In this document: positions 52,701 to 64,000 of the stretch, piece after piece | How positions within the stretch are numbered: the stretch's first letter is position 1 | Layout of the letters: each line of letters starts with the position of its first letter | DNA from: Prorocentrum cordatum | Lineage: Eukaryota | Reading direction: 5' to 3' | NCBI GenBank assembly: GCA_963575745.1 | Contig: CAUYUJ010000026.1 | Span: forward strand, 248,001-312,000 | Length of the DNA stretch: 64,000 nt | Translations under genes and position numbers: made by a program | Notes under the pieces: generated by a model | What the model was told of the DNA's origin: nothing | Seen by the model: the letters and a program-made list of their open reading frames with translations, nothing else | The model's database searches: none

Positions 52701-53496
52701 CCCACGGTTGCCGTGTCGCGGCGACGGCCCCGGCGCCACGTTCTGCTTTGCGAGTGGACAGCGCCCCGCAGGGCGGGGAGGTCAGGAAAGGCTTGGGACG
52801 TTGACGATTGTGGATTGGGACGTGGATGGCGTGTCACGCCCAAGGGCGCTGGGCCAGAACCCGCGGCGCGACAGCCAAAGTTTCCCACCGTATCGCCTGG
52901 AGCTCCGCTCGATGGGACGCGGGCCAGGAAAGACCGTGAACCCCCCCCCACCGTCCCGCCTCCCGACCTAGACCTCCGACGTCATGATTTGCCCACAACG
53001 TCGACCCCCAGAGGTCTCGAGCTCTTGTCATGACGCGAGGGGGTCTCAGGACGGCTCCCTCGTTTGGGAGGCCCTCAGCTGCCGCCGCCTCCACCTCCTC
53101 CTCCTCCTCCTCCTCTGTCTACTGGTCGTGAGAAGGGGGGTCGTGGGGAGGGAGAGAGTCCTCGTGCCTCAGAGCTGGGTCTCCTAGGTCGGCGGCGTGC
53201 CGAATACGGGGTCACCAGCCTGGCCGGTGACGCTTCCGCGGAGCGTAGCATACCGAATTCATCGTCTCAGTGGGGTGCGTGGTTACCCAACTCAGATTCC
53301 TATGCGTGATATTCATGTTCTGGTGAGATGGTAGGGCGATGATAGGCGGTAGGCATCTTTCAGATGCGTCCATGAGCTTGTTTTGTTCTCCTTCTTCTCC
53401 TCCTCGCCATCCGGATGCTGCCGTCCCCGTGCCTCCCCGCCCTGTCGCCGCGGCTGCCCGCCGCCTTGGCACCGCCCCTCCTCGGGCGGGGTCGAG

Positions 53497-53531
53497 GTGA
53501 CGACCACGCTGACGTCTACGACAGAGACGGG
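53497..53531 (+). CDS. Predicted micro-exon 6 (VTTTLTSTTET(G))
   Basis: cgAG|G acceptor, phase 0. Encodes the exact exon-1 core unit TTLTSTTET; candidate donor GG|GA. Confidence 0.6.
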
Positions 53532-53929
53532 GAGCCGCGCGGGGGGGATCCAGAGAGCGGGGACAGGATCCTGGATGATGCTGGAAACGCTGGGAGGGGG
53601 CCTTTTTCCCAGAAAAGGCCTGAGCCCATGGTTTCTTGTAGTTGGTAAACTGTCCCCGTGCCAACTTCGAAGAGGGCTGGCGGATTTGCTTGGAATTAAT
53701 AATAAGGTCGAAGTGGGCTGGCGGATTAAGTTTAGAGAATCTCCCGAGCGAAACGTTGGTTCTTGAAAGTCCGATCGATCATTTGTTGCGGATGTATCGA
53801 GCGAAACATTTGTTGTGCAGAAGTTGCGATGGATATCTCGAGCGAAAGGCTTGTTTTGTCCTATATGTTGCTCCTCTCCTGGGGGGGGCAGAATTCAGAG
53901 GATGTCTGAGGCGAAGAGCTTGTTTTCAC

Positions 53930-55320
53930 GTGCCCAGGTCGCAAAGGGTGGTATCTAACATGGTTGTCCCCAGGTGGGACGTGTTTTCACGTGTCCAGGC
54001 CACCCAGGGAAGTATCTAGGATGGTGGCCCCGAGCTGGGGCCATGTGCTTTTTTCTTGTCCTGGCCACCCAGTATGGTATCTAACATCGTGGTCCCGAGC
54101 TGGAGCCACCTTTTTTCTGTGTCCAGGCCACCCTGAGGGGTATCTAACATGGTTGTCCCGAGCTACCCACAGGAGAGGTTTCAAATGCGGTCGTCTGGGG
54201 CCCCCCAGTGTTGGGGCCCGAAAGCCAGGACAAATCAATAACGCAGTACCAGGTGCGGAATAATTTGACACAGTTTCTTGGGCGGGTGATTTGCCATATT
54301 CCCCATTGTGCATTTAACATGGTGGTCCCGAGCTGGAACTACTTGTTTTCACGTGTCGAGGCCACCCAGAGAGGTATCTACCATTGTGCCCCCGAGTTGG
54401 AACCACGTGTTTTCACGTATCCAGACCACCCAGAGAGGCATCAAACATTGTTGTCCCGAGCTGGAACCCAGTGTTTTCTTCACATGTCCAGGCACATAGT
54501 GGCCCCGAGCTGTAACCACATGCTTTTTTACGTGTCCAGGCCACCCAGGGGGTATCGAACATAGTGGTCCCGAGCTGGAACCATGTATTTCTATGTGTCC
54601 AGATCGCCGGGGGATCTAAGATCGTTGCCTTTTGCCCCTCGCTAAAACCATGCGTCCAGGCAGCTCAGAGAGGTACCTAACATGGTGGCCCCGAGCTGGA
54701 ACCATGTGTTTTCACGTGTTCAGGCCACCCAGATGGGTACTCCAGGTCTCTCAATAAGCGTGGGGGGGTGGATCGCGTGGGGGGATGGGAGACCGCTGTC
54801 CTTCGGGGGGCGCGGGGAGGTTGGGGAGCTAGAGGGGATGGGTTTGGGGCGCGTTGGGGGGCGGGCAAGGGGCGTCGGACAGGTTGGCACGGGGGGGTGC
54901 TAATTGAAGGATGTGGAGTATCTAACATGGCTGTCCCTAACAATGGCTGCCCCAAGGGAGGGCATACAACATGTGATCGTCTGGGCGCCCCCAGCGTGGG
55001 GGTCTCGCAAAAAAGCCAGACACGATCCATGATTCGACTTCAGCTGCGTCATGACCTGGCACAGTTTCTTGTGCTGCTGATTCTTCAGACCTCCCATCGG
55101 GGTATCTAACATGGTAGTCCCGAGCTGGAGCCACGTGTTCTCACGTGTCCAGGCCACCCAGGAGGATATCTAACATCTTGGTCCCAAGCTGGAGCCATGA
55201 GTTTTTACGTGCCCAGGCAGACCAGGGGGGTATCTAACGTGGTGACCCCGAGCTGGAACCATGTATTTTCACGTCTCCAGGCCACCCAGGGGGGCTCAAA
55301 CATAGTGTTCACGAGTTGGA
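53930..55320. repeat. ~62-bp satellite (tatctaacatggtggtcccgagctggaaccacgtgttttcacgtgtccaggccacccagagggg), interrupted; also at 27715-27920 and 50820-50990
   Basis: Direct reading. Confidence 0.9.
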
Positions 55321-56153
55321 TCCACATTCTCCCCGGAAAGGGCATCGGCCCAGGGTTCGTATTTAGGTTGTGTCAAATTGTCGCCGCGTTCCAGGCTGTC
55401 GTGGGCCGGCGAATTCCCGTTCGATAGAGACCAGGTGCAGTCCAATTCGGTCTGCTCCCGAAGCTGCAGGTGCAACGGGGGGTGCGCCAGCTGCCGATTG
55501 TTTTGGGAGGCGGAGTTTCGGGCTCAGCGGTAGCTTTTGGGGGCCATCGTGGTTCCCTGAAAAGGGGGAATACGCAGGTGATCGGCAAATGTTTCCCTGA
55601 TTTGGGTCCTCGGTATGGCCCAGGTGACCAGAAAATGTTCCTTTGATCCTGGCCTGAACAATCCAACTAAGCGGGATATATAGCGGCGCAACAAAAGGTC
55701 CTCTTTGTCACCCCTAACTGGCTGACCTCAGCAATGCGCAAGCAATGTTGTGGGACGGAGCTTGCCGCATACAGTTGCGACAGTCTAGGCCTCCTAGAAG
55801 GGTCGGAGTAGATGGGGTCGGAGGATCGCGCCGCATCGGCGATGCATCAGCGATGCGGCTCGATGTGGATCCCGACTTTCTCCACGCCGATGGCGCTGAT
55901 GCCTGGTCGACTTCGCCGACGCATCGCGGTTGCAGCGCGATCCTCCGACCCCATCTACTCGGACCACATTTGGGAGGCCTCTAGGCAGGGGGGCCCCCGC
56001 AAGCTATGGACACCGCCGACGGCGGATGGAGGTTCCAACAGCTTGCGTGGAGTCGAGATTATGTACGCCTCTTCGGGCGGATAGAGGTTTCCACAGCTTG
56101 CGTGGATCACAGGTGGAGAGGGTGCCAGTTGATGAGGGTCCCAGTTGGTAGAC

Positions 56154-56300
56154 TTACGTTGGACATGTCCCTCTACAGGAGGAATTTGTGATACCAGACT
56201 GTTGACCATTTTTCGTTCTCTGTTGACCATGTTTGGGTTATGTTTGACTGTTGTCATTTTTCTTCCAAACTTCGCCTGTAGGAGGACATGCCAGACCTAG
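56154..56300. mobile_element. Short MITE-like element (same TIR family as 17725 and 63732)
   Basis: gacatgtccctctacagg ... cctgtaggaggacatgcc inverted ends. Confidence 0.6.
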
Positions 56301-56669
56301 TGGTATCATCATGTAGAGCACGGGGGCATGGGGCAAGGCAGTGGCAGCGGCTGCATGCATCGACCCTCAGGTCGCCGTTTGGCTCGGACAGCTGGCTTTG
56401 GTGTCTCTGCCCAGGGTCCTGCTAGCAGGATATGTTGCAAATTTGACTTTGCCATATGCTCTGATGATGACCCCCGTGGACTTTGACCCCCTGACCTTGG
56501 CATCATATTATAAATTTGTCTCTTATGTTCTGATAGTGGATTAAATTTTAATGTTGCAGCATGTTACCGATCCCAGGTCAATGTTCTACCATACTGTACT
56601 ATAGCAGACTGTTTCGATTCGAATCATCAGGTTATGCTACAGTCAGAGTGAGGGGGGCGAACGATCTTA

Positions 56670-56899
56670 CAGTGTCCCTGGGTTGGTAGATGAGATGTGG
56701 ATCCGCGGTGGGGATTATGTTTGATGTCGTTGTCGTCGTCCCGGCGGGTGGGTCGCTGTGCGCATGGGTCAAGGCGCGGGCGGGTCGCGGCGCTGGTCGG
56801 TCGCGGGTGGGTTGTGGCGCCGATGGGTCTCGGGTGGGTCGTTGGTGGGTCGCGACTTGTGCTTAGGGCCTGCCCGGCACGGGGGTTGGGGGGACACTG
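56670..56899. mobile_element. Tc1/mariner-like MITE candidate
   Basis: TA|CAGTGTCCC ... GGGACACTG|CA. A similar left end occurs at about 59945. Confidence 0.45.
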
Positions 56900-57376
56900 C
56901 ACGGTTTTACGATATTGGCATCTGGGCTCAAGATGTATATGAAATGCGTACCGCCATCATGTATGACGCGTACAAACACAATTCCCAGCCGCGTTTTGAT
57001 TGCTTGATGGATACCAAAGGACCATTCCCAGACACATCTTGGGGGCCCCAAGAGCCTCAAAACGGCGTTGTCGTTCGAAGTTTCAGTCGCCACATGGGTG
57101 TCCTTCATTAATGTTACTCTGGTTTTGCGCACTCCATCTGCTACTTCCTTTGAATCGGGTGGCGCTCCCGTGCAGGAAATCAGCGGTTCAAATCTTTCCG
57201 GCCGCCAGAGCTCAGGGGGTCATTTTTTCCCGGCGGTGAGGATGTCTTGAGCGCGGCGGGGCGAGGTTCGCTTTCTCTTTCGCTCACCAGTCCCTGGGGG
57301 TAAAATTCTTCGGGCGGCCCTGGCCCAAGATATCCTGTATTCCTGACAGGTGCGTAACATATTAAAACATCGTATG

Positions 57377-59775
57377 AATTCTCCTTTCTAAAAAGAGAAT
57401 AGACGCTCCCCCCCCCAGCGTTATCGGTATCCCTTTCGGGTATGTAAATCACATATGAGTATGACCACATGTCCATCCTAAATATGAAATCACAGTGTCC
57501 CAGGCCAGCCGGTATCTCCCCCCCCTGAGGTTCCCTTCTAAAAAAACACTATGCGGTGACATTTTTTGTTCTAACATAGCACTTTTCCACGAATCCCTTG
57601 CAAAAAATGGGACGCAGTGCACACGCGCGCGCCGTCGCGCGCGCGTGCCGAAATCCTTCAAAAACCTGCGGTGTCGGAAGGATTTCGCAATCGAGTTTCC
57701 AAACAACGTGCAAAAAAACACTTGGCTTTGCAACACTGATTTGCTAAAAAAGCTTACGCGCGAGCTCTTGCGAAATCTTAAGAAAACCATAGGTTTTTCA
57801 AGATTTACACAACATGCTATCAAACGGGCTTCGCGCGCGCGCATGTCGAAATCTGTCGAACGCCCTTGCGCGTGTGCCGTCGCGAGAATCCTCTGCAAAA
57901 AATGAGACGAAGTGCAGACGCGCGCGTCGTCGCGCGCGTATGCCGAAATCCTTCAAAACCCATCGGTTTCGGAAGGATTTCAAGATCGTGTGTCCAAAAA
58001 AACATACAAAAACACAAGGTTTCGTCGTTATCATCATCATCATCGACTTCCCTCCTCCCTCGTCGTTATCATCATCAGCGTCGCCGTCCTTCCTCCTTCT
58101 TCGTCGTTCGCGTCGTCGCCGTCCTCCCTCCTCCCTCGTCGTTGTCGTCGTTGTCGTCGGTGTCGTCGTTGTCGCCGTCGTCGTCGTTCCTCCTCCCTCG
58201 TCGTCGTTTTCGTTGGCGACGTCGTCGTCGTCTTCATCGTCGTCGTCGTCGTCGATGTCGGCGTCGTCGTCGTCTCTGCCGTCGTCGTCGACGTCGTCGA
58301 CGTCGTTGACGTCGTCGTCGTCGTCGGTGTCGTTGTTGTCGTCGTCGTCGGTGTTGTCATCGTCGTTGTCGTTGTCATCGTCGTTGTCGTCGTCGTCGGT
58401 GTCGTCGTCGTCGTCGGTGTCGTCGTCGTCGTTGTTGTCGTTGTCGGCGTCGTCGAAGTCGTTGGAGACGTCGTTGGTGTCGTTGTAGTCGTTGTCGGCG
58501 GCGTCGTCGTCGTTGTCGCTGCCGTGGTCGGCGTCGCTGTCGTTGCCAAGTGCCATGTGGTACCCACCGTCACGGTCTTAAGAGATTTTGCAAACCAAGT
58601 TGCGGGTGGGTGGGTGGGATGTTTGCGCGAGCAGTGGAGGGGACATTTCATTGCGAACAGAAATTAATTCTCCTTTCTAAAAAGAGAATAGACGCTACCC
58701 CCCCCGGCTTTATCGGTACCCCTCTCGGGTATGTAAATCACATATGATTATGACCACATGTCCATCCTAAATATGAAATCACAGTGTCCCAGGCCAGCCG
58801 GTATCCCCCCCCCCTGAGGTTCCCTTGTAAAAAACACTATGCGGTGACATTTTTTGTTCTAACATAGCACTTTTTCGCGAATCCCTTGCACGCGCGCGCC
58901 GTCGCGCGCGCATGCCGAAATCCTCCAAAAACTTAGGTGTCGGAGAGATTTCGCAATCGAGCTTCGATTTCGCAATCGAGTTTCCGAAAATCATACAAAA
59001 ACACATGGTTTCGCAACACTGGTTTGCTAAAAAAACTTCCGCGCGAGCTCTTGCGAAATCTTAAGAAAACCATAGGTTTTTTCAAGATTTTCACAAAATG
59101 CTACCAAACGGGCTTCGCGCGCGCGCATGTCGAAATCTGTCGAACGCCCTTGCGCGTGTGCCGTCGCGAGAATCCTCTGCAAAAAACGGGACGAAGTGCA
59201 GACGCGCGCGTCGTCGCGCGCGTATGCCGAAATCCTTCAAAACCCATCGGTTTCGGAAGGATTTCAAAATCGTGTGTCCAAAAAAACATACAAAACAACA
59301 GGTTTCGCAATACGGATTTTCAACAAAGCGTGCGCGCGCGCTCTTGCGTCGTCGTCGTCGTCGTCGCCGTCCTCCCTCCGTCGTCGTCGGCGTCGTCGTT
59401 CTCTGTCTTTCCTCGTCGTCGTCGTCTTGGCGTCGTCGTCGTTTCCGTCGTCGTTGTCGCCGTGGACGTCGTTTCCTCTTCCCTCGACGTCGTCGTCCGT
59501 CGTCGGCGTCTCGTCGTCGACCCTCCTATTTCATCGCCGTCGTCGTCATCGTCGTCGTCGTCGTCTTCCCTCCTCCCTCGTCGTTGTCGTCGTCGGCGTC
59601 GCCGTCCTCCCTGCTTCTTCGTCGTTCGCGTCGTCGCCGTCCTCCCTCCTCCCTCGTCGTTGTCGTCGATGTCGTCGTCGTCGTCCTCCCTCCTCCCTCG
59701 TCGTCGTCGTCGTCTTCGTTGGCGGCGTCGTTGTCGTCGTCGTCGTCGTTGTCTTCGTCGTCGGCGTCGTCGTCG
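57377..59775. repeat. Tandem duplication with ~1289-bp period; each copy ends in a degenerate (GTC)n tract
   Basis: aattctcctttctaaaaagagaatagacgct at 57377 and 58666; internal CGCGCG hairpin repeats; (GTC)n at 58020-58545 and 59347-59775. Confidence 0.9.
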
Positions 59776-60019
59776 TGGAGGAGAAGGTGGAGGAGGAGGA
59801 GGAAGAGGACGAATCGGAATCGAAATTGGAATGAAGCGTTAAAAAGAAGCATTGGCGCAGAAGGTCCCCCCATTCACCCACAATCCTTGGGCTCAAGGCC
59901 CCTGGACAGCCTGTCGATGTCAGAGGGAAGGGGCCGAACGGCCTTACAGTGTCCCTGGGTGCGTGGCTGAATTGTGGATCCGCGGTGAGGGCTCTGCTTG
60001 TTGTTGTTGTCGTCGTCGT

Positions 60020-60061
<42 letters not shown>

Positions 60062-60329
60062 TGTCGGCGTCGGCGTCCCAGCGGGTGGGTGTGGGTCGGA
60101 CGACAATGGCGACAATGACGACGGTGCCGACGGTGAGTCGCGGGCGGGTCGCCGGCAGGTCGCGGCGGGTCGGCCGCGGATCTACAACTCACCTGTTGCC
60201 GGAGGTTTTGCCACGCGTCTGGCCCGTTGGTTGTCCGAAAATCCCATAGCAGAAGACGCTTGAAAACACGCCCCCAGCATTTTCCACACTAAGTGCGACA
60301 GGGGACATCATAGCAGGTACGCTTGGCGT

Positions 60330-60780
60330 TTGAAAGATCCCCGGCGCTGTGGCTCCGCCGCCCCGCTCATTGCACACGATATTCCCAACTTTGAGACTAG
60401 CGTGCACCGAATAAGCCCTGGCAGTGGGATAGCGCGCACAGGGGGGGCTCTCGCGTGGGGATCGCCTCACAGGGGCACCGTGCCTTTCTCGGAGGTCGAT
60501 GTCGCACGCTTCTTTCCAACGCCAACCGTAAGAGGCCGACATCTGCAGTTCCACTTCGACTTAGGATCGCCGTCTTTTCTCCCCGGGGGAGCACAACGTC
60601 GATGTGCAGACTAGAGGGACAGGTCAGGGCACGCGCGTGAGCACCTGCTTCACGATGGCTAGGCCCTAGTCCGCCAACTACACGGTGGCCCCTCCAGATG
60701 GCCTGAGCAAGACCCCTTTATCGTGTCACGAAGGTTTCCCGAGGTGTTTGATGGTTCTTGGAGGTGATGCTCTGCAGCAG
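60330..60780 (+). pseudogene. Possible decayed RT fragment (Penelope-like)
   Basis: PLIAH, FSEVDVARFFPT (60486-60521), then, frameshifted, QTRGTGQGTRVS (60607-60642). No clear YxDD. Confidence 0.3.
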
Positions 60781-62041
60781 CTGCACCTCGGCAAGAGGGT
60801 GCCCGAATCGTGCCGCACGGCCGCTGCAGGCCCGAGTTCTGGCCCGAGAACATCGCGGAGGAAGGGGGATCCAGTTTTCCTCTCGTCGTGACAATGAGTA
60901 GTTGGCCGTTGTCGGCGTTGGAGGGCCTTCGACCTTTGCCGAAACACCAGTCCCAGGCCCGGGGGTCCAAGTCGAGAAAGAATCACGACGCTGGAGATTT
61001 GGGGAGAAGGGGGAGGGGAAAGGGAATCGCCATGCAGGGCCCATGTCGATTCCAACCTCCACTCCGCGTGTTGCGTCCGCCTGGGTGCTCCAGCCGCCCG
61101 GGAGCGATCCCATCACGCATCCCCCCCACGCGGAGACGGCACAAGCAGGCCGTCAGGCATCTGGCCCCGGGGCCCGAGAACGGCCCATGGAGGCCGAACC
61201 GGGGGAACTTGTTCCCGTCGCAGCACGGCAAAGGCAATCAGCGCGGGCGCTCAAGTCGGGGACGCGCGCTCAAGTCGGGGACGCGCGACCAATGAATTGT
61301 CCGGCTGCAAGATAGGGCTCGACTAGAAGCAAGAGTGACCTTTCGCCAGAGTGACCTTTGGTGCTGGCCCAATGGGGCCCTCCGATCGCCGAAAGCGAAG
61401 CGATAGTAGCGTCTTGCGCGCTTGGGTTTGTCCCCCCCCCCCCCCGGCGGTGCCCCAAAGCCGCGCACCAAAGGTCAATATACCGTAGGGGCACTCCTGG
61501 TGTAGTCGACCCCCCCCCCCCCCAAGGGAGGCGCGCGGGAGGAGAAGCGGATGCAGAGGACAGGAGGGAGGAGGAGGGCACTCACGACTGAAAGCGCTGC
61601 AGGATGAGCGCGCCGGAGCGGCCACCCAGGGTTCGAAAGCAGGGGAAACACGCCGGGTCCGAAGAACTCAGCTTCAGGTGAGCGTTTTTGTTTTTCCTCC
61701 CCAGGGTAAGGCTCGTTATCCAGACCCCCCCCACAAACCGTTAGGTAACGCTAGCGATCGTACTGGGGGTGGGGGGGCTGGACCCCCCGTATACATGCTG
61801 TGGTGCACACAGGCGAGTTATGCGCCGGTGGCGCTCCTTCCCCCGGACAACGACCGTTACCCAGGGAAGCAAACAAAAACGGTCACCAGGGGGGCAGCGG
61901 TCCCTCCCGGGTCCGTCTTGACGTGGCCCCGCGGGGCCGGGTAGAGCGGCCTCGCGGGAGGGCAGGGCCCGAGAGGCTTGATGCATCGGGAGTAATCGTC
62001 GGGGCCTCTGGCCGTGCTGGCCTCCGGGATTGCGCCGAGAG

Positions 62042-62150
62042 GACCGCGACGAGCTCGGCCACCACGGCGACCACCACGGCGTCTTCCACCACGAGCCGGA
62101 CGCTTTCTTCCAGCGTCAGCACGACGACCGGCAGCAGCACCACTGCGGGG
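62042..62150 (+). CDS. Predicted exon 7 (TATSSATTATTTASSTTSRTLSSSVSTTTGSSTTAG)
   Basis: gagAG|G acceptor (phase 2); S/T island; donor at 62147|GG or 62150|GA (phase 0). Confidence 0.7.
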
Positions 62151-63425
62151 GAACAGACACTTGGTGGAAGCACCTCTTCTCAACCTCCCTCCCTCCTCCT
62201 CCTTATCCTCCTCCTCCTCCTCCTCTGGGCCAAAACACGCGTCATGCCCCCTACCCCCCCGACCCCCCCCTTTAACGCAACGCTCCCCCCCCTCAACGCC
62301 ACGCTTACGCCCCCACCCGCCTCCGCCAGCTCTGCGGCCCGGTCCCCGGATCAAGTTTTTCCCCGCCGATGCAGGCGGCGCCGAAGGCCCCACCAGCTCC
62401 AGCGATCCCCGTGTCCTTGACGTGGCCCCTGCTGCCCAAGCAGGGGGGGAGCCCTCCCTGCTCCTCCCCCTCCCTCGTTCCGCCCCCTCCCTCCGCCTGC
62501 CCTCGCCCCTCCCTCCTTCGAGCTTCGGGCTGCTGACCTTCGTCTCCATGGTGGCTGCGGCCCCTCGTACCTCGCCCCTCCTCCCTCCTCCCTCCTGCTC
62601 TTCCTCCTCCACCACCCCCTCCTCCTTCCGCTGCCCATCGGAGCACTTTTTTTCCATCCAGCCGAGCCCTGTGGCAGAGAAGCAGGAGTGGGAGGGAGGG
62701 AGCGGGGGGGGGGAAAGCCAGGCGCGCGGCTCGCAGCCCGGCCGCGTGCACCTAATTTGTCTGGCGCCCTCGGGCGGGCCTCCCGGCGAGCCTGGAGGGC
62801 GCCCCGCCAAGCCGCCTCCGCGCCGCCCGCGCGCGCTGCTGGGAGCAGGAGCAGACCTGCTGCCCATGGCGGCAGCGCCGGCGCCCACCCTGCGCAGGGG
62901 CGGTTGGCCAGGATCTCCCACGCGGGCGCCCAGCAGCCGCATCGCATGCAGGCCACCCACCCTGGCCCCTGCGAGGCGACGTGCGCGCGCCAGGCGCCGC
63001 CGGCGAAGAGCGCGCGGGCCGCCTCGCTGCCCATCGGAGCACGCCTCGCGCCAATGCCCCCTGTCGCCCACGCGCCCCCCTTCCCCGCTCGGCCTCGCGT
63101 GCGCGCGGGCGGGGGCGAGGACGAAGGCGATGTCGTCATTATTGGCGACGACGACGACGATGACGACGTGATGTTATGATGTTTGCTTGGTTGCGTCCTG
63201 CGGGGCCGCTTTCGGGCCCCCCGGCCGGCACACGTCGATCCGTGCCAAGCTGGGCGAGGATGGGCCCCGGAAGGGGTCGGGTGGCGCAGTTGGAACGGAT
63301 TCTCAGGTTCTGAGTTTCGGGGGACGTCTTTGGGAGCTCTCGTCACCGCGGCCGGACGCACTTCTCAGAACCGATCGTGATGGTCCCTGTCGAGGGGCCC
63401 AGCGTATATTTTGAGCGTTTCTGAG

Positions 63426-63482
63426 GCGACGACGCCGACGACGACGACAACGACGACGACGACCAGCAGACCCACGGTGGAG
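63426..63482 (+). CDS. Possible exon 8 (ATTPTTTTTTTTTSRPTVE)
   Basis: ctgAG|G acceptor and GAG|GC donor, phase 0/0. It is largely (ACG)n, so it may just be a microsatellite. Confidence 0.4.
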
Positions 63483-63731
63483 GCCTGAGAATGTCGTAGA
63501 GCAAGGGATCGAGGAGGTTCAAGGATCGAGGAGGTTCGAGGATTGAGGAAGGTCAAAGATGGAGCTCCTGTTATGGGGGGCGTGTTTTGCTTCTCTCTGG
63601 GCCCCCGCTGGGTCCTCGGAGGGAGCCTTGCAGGCCCTCGGTGGAGGCCCCGTGGAGCCTGGTGCGGTGCAGAAGCTGCGGCCTGGACTCCTGGAGGGCT
63701 TGCAGGCCCTCTGGAACAATCATAATTAGGG

Positions 63732-63889
63732 TTACGTCGGGCCTGTCCCTCTACAGGGGACAGTTCAAAAATCGTAGAAAAATAGTCGGGGGATTATTTT
63801 TGGAGCATTTTTGCAACATTTGTTTGATACTTTTGACCTCTTCATTGGTCTTCCAAAGTCCCCTTGTGGGGGGACGTGCCCTACCTGAA
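63732..63889. mobile_element. Short MITE-like element (same TIR family as 17725 and 56154)
   Basis: gtcgggcctgtccctctacaggggac ... gtccccttgtggggggacgtgccctac inverted ends. Confidence 0.6.
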
Positions 63890-64000
63890 CATAGGGGGGG
63901 GCCTGATTCCCGCGGATGACGGCGTGCATCTCCGATGGGACCAGCGCTGCCGCCCCATTCGGCAGCTCGGACTGGTCGCACACCTCCCAGTGCACAGCAC

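Noticed and set aside
54765..54900. G-quadruplex-like G-run clusters (also 23035-23160)
   Set aside because: G-runs are ubiquitous in this GC-rich window; nothing specific supports a function.
56918..56935. GGCATCTGGGCTCAAG-ATG as a relict SL (also GGCTCAAG near 3487 and 59890)
   Set aside because: Partial matches with no downstream ORF, poly(A) or duplication; compatible with chance.
58020..60070. Poly-Asp/Thr/Ser/Val ORFs as proteins or extra exons
   Set aside because: Pure (GTC)n microsatellite open in all frames and part of a duplicated repeat unit.

Overview
GC-rich, repeat-dense eukaryotic DNA, almost certainly dinoflagellate nuclear DNA: a perfect 22-nt dinoflagellate spliced leader (DinoSL) sits at 10938-10959. 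The whole window appears to lie inside one + strand gene for a giant Ser/Thr-rich repeat protein. It has a large exon (<1-3665) plus about seven phase-compatible micro-exons (35-141 nt, at about 9.9, 21.9, 26.8, 42.2, 53.5, 62.0 and 63.4 kb), separated by 1-15 kb introns with GC/GA and possibly GG donors. The introns are packed with mobile DNA. The highlight is a full-length, same-strand LINE (10938-17510) with ORF1 plus APE-RT-zinc finger-RNase H, broken by two homopolymer frameshifts. It begins with a full SL followed by two relict 15-nt SL copies, ends in poly(A), and is inserted with a 29-bp duplication into a (TCC)n tract that forms the loop of a 10-bp hairpin. Also present: a 6.6-kb three-module non-autonomous Helitron-like array (A|TC...hairpin-CTAG|T), a Helitron coding relic, decayed LINE, Gag and possibly Penelope-like fragments, MITE-like inverted-repeat elements (one carrying a TTTAGC/TTAGC satellite), and many mini/microsatellites. 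Most ORFs in the supplied track are spurious translations of repeats. No rRNA, tRNA or CRISPR could be supported. All calls are by eye; repeat boundaries are approximate.
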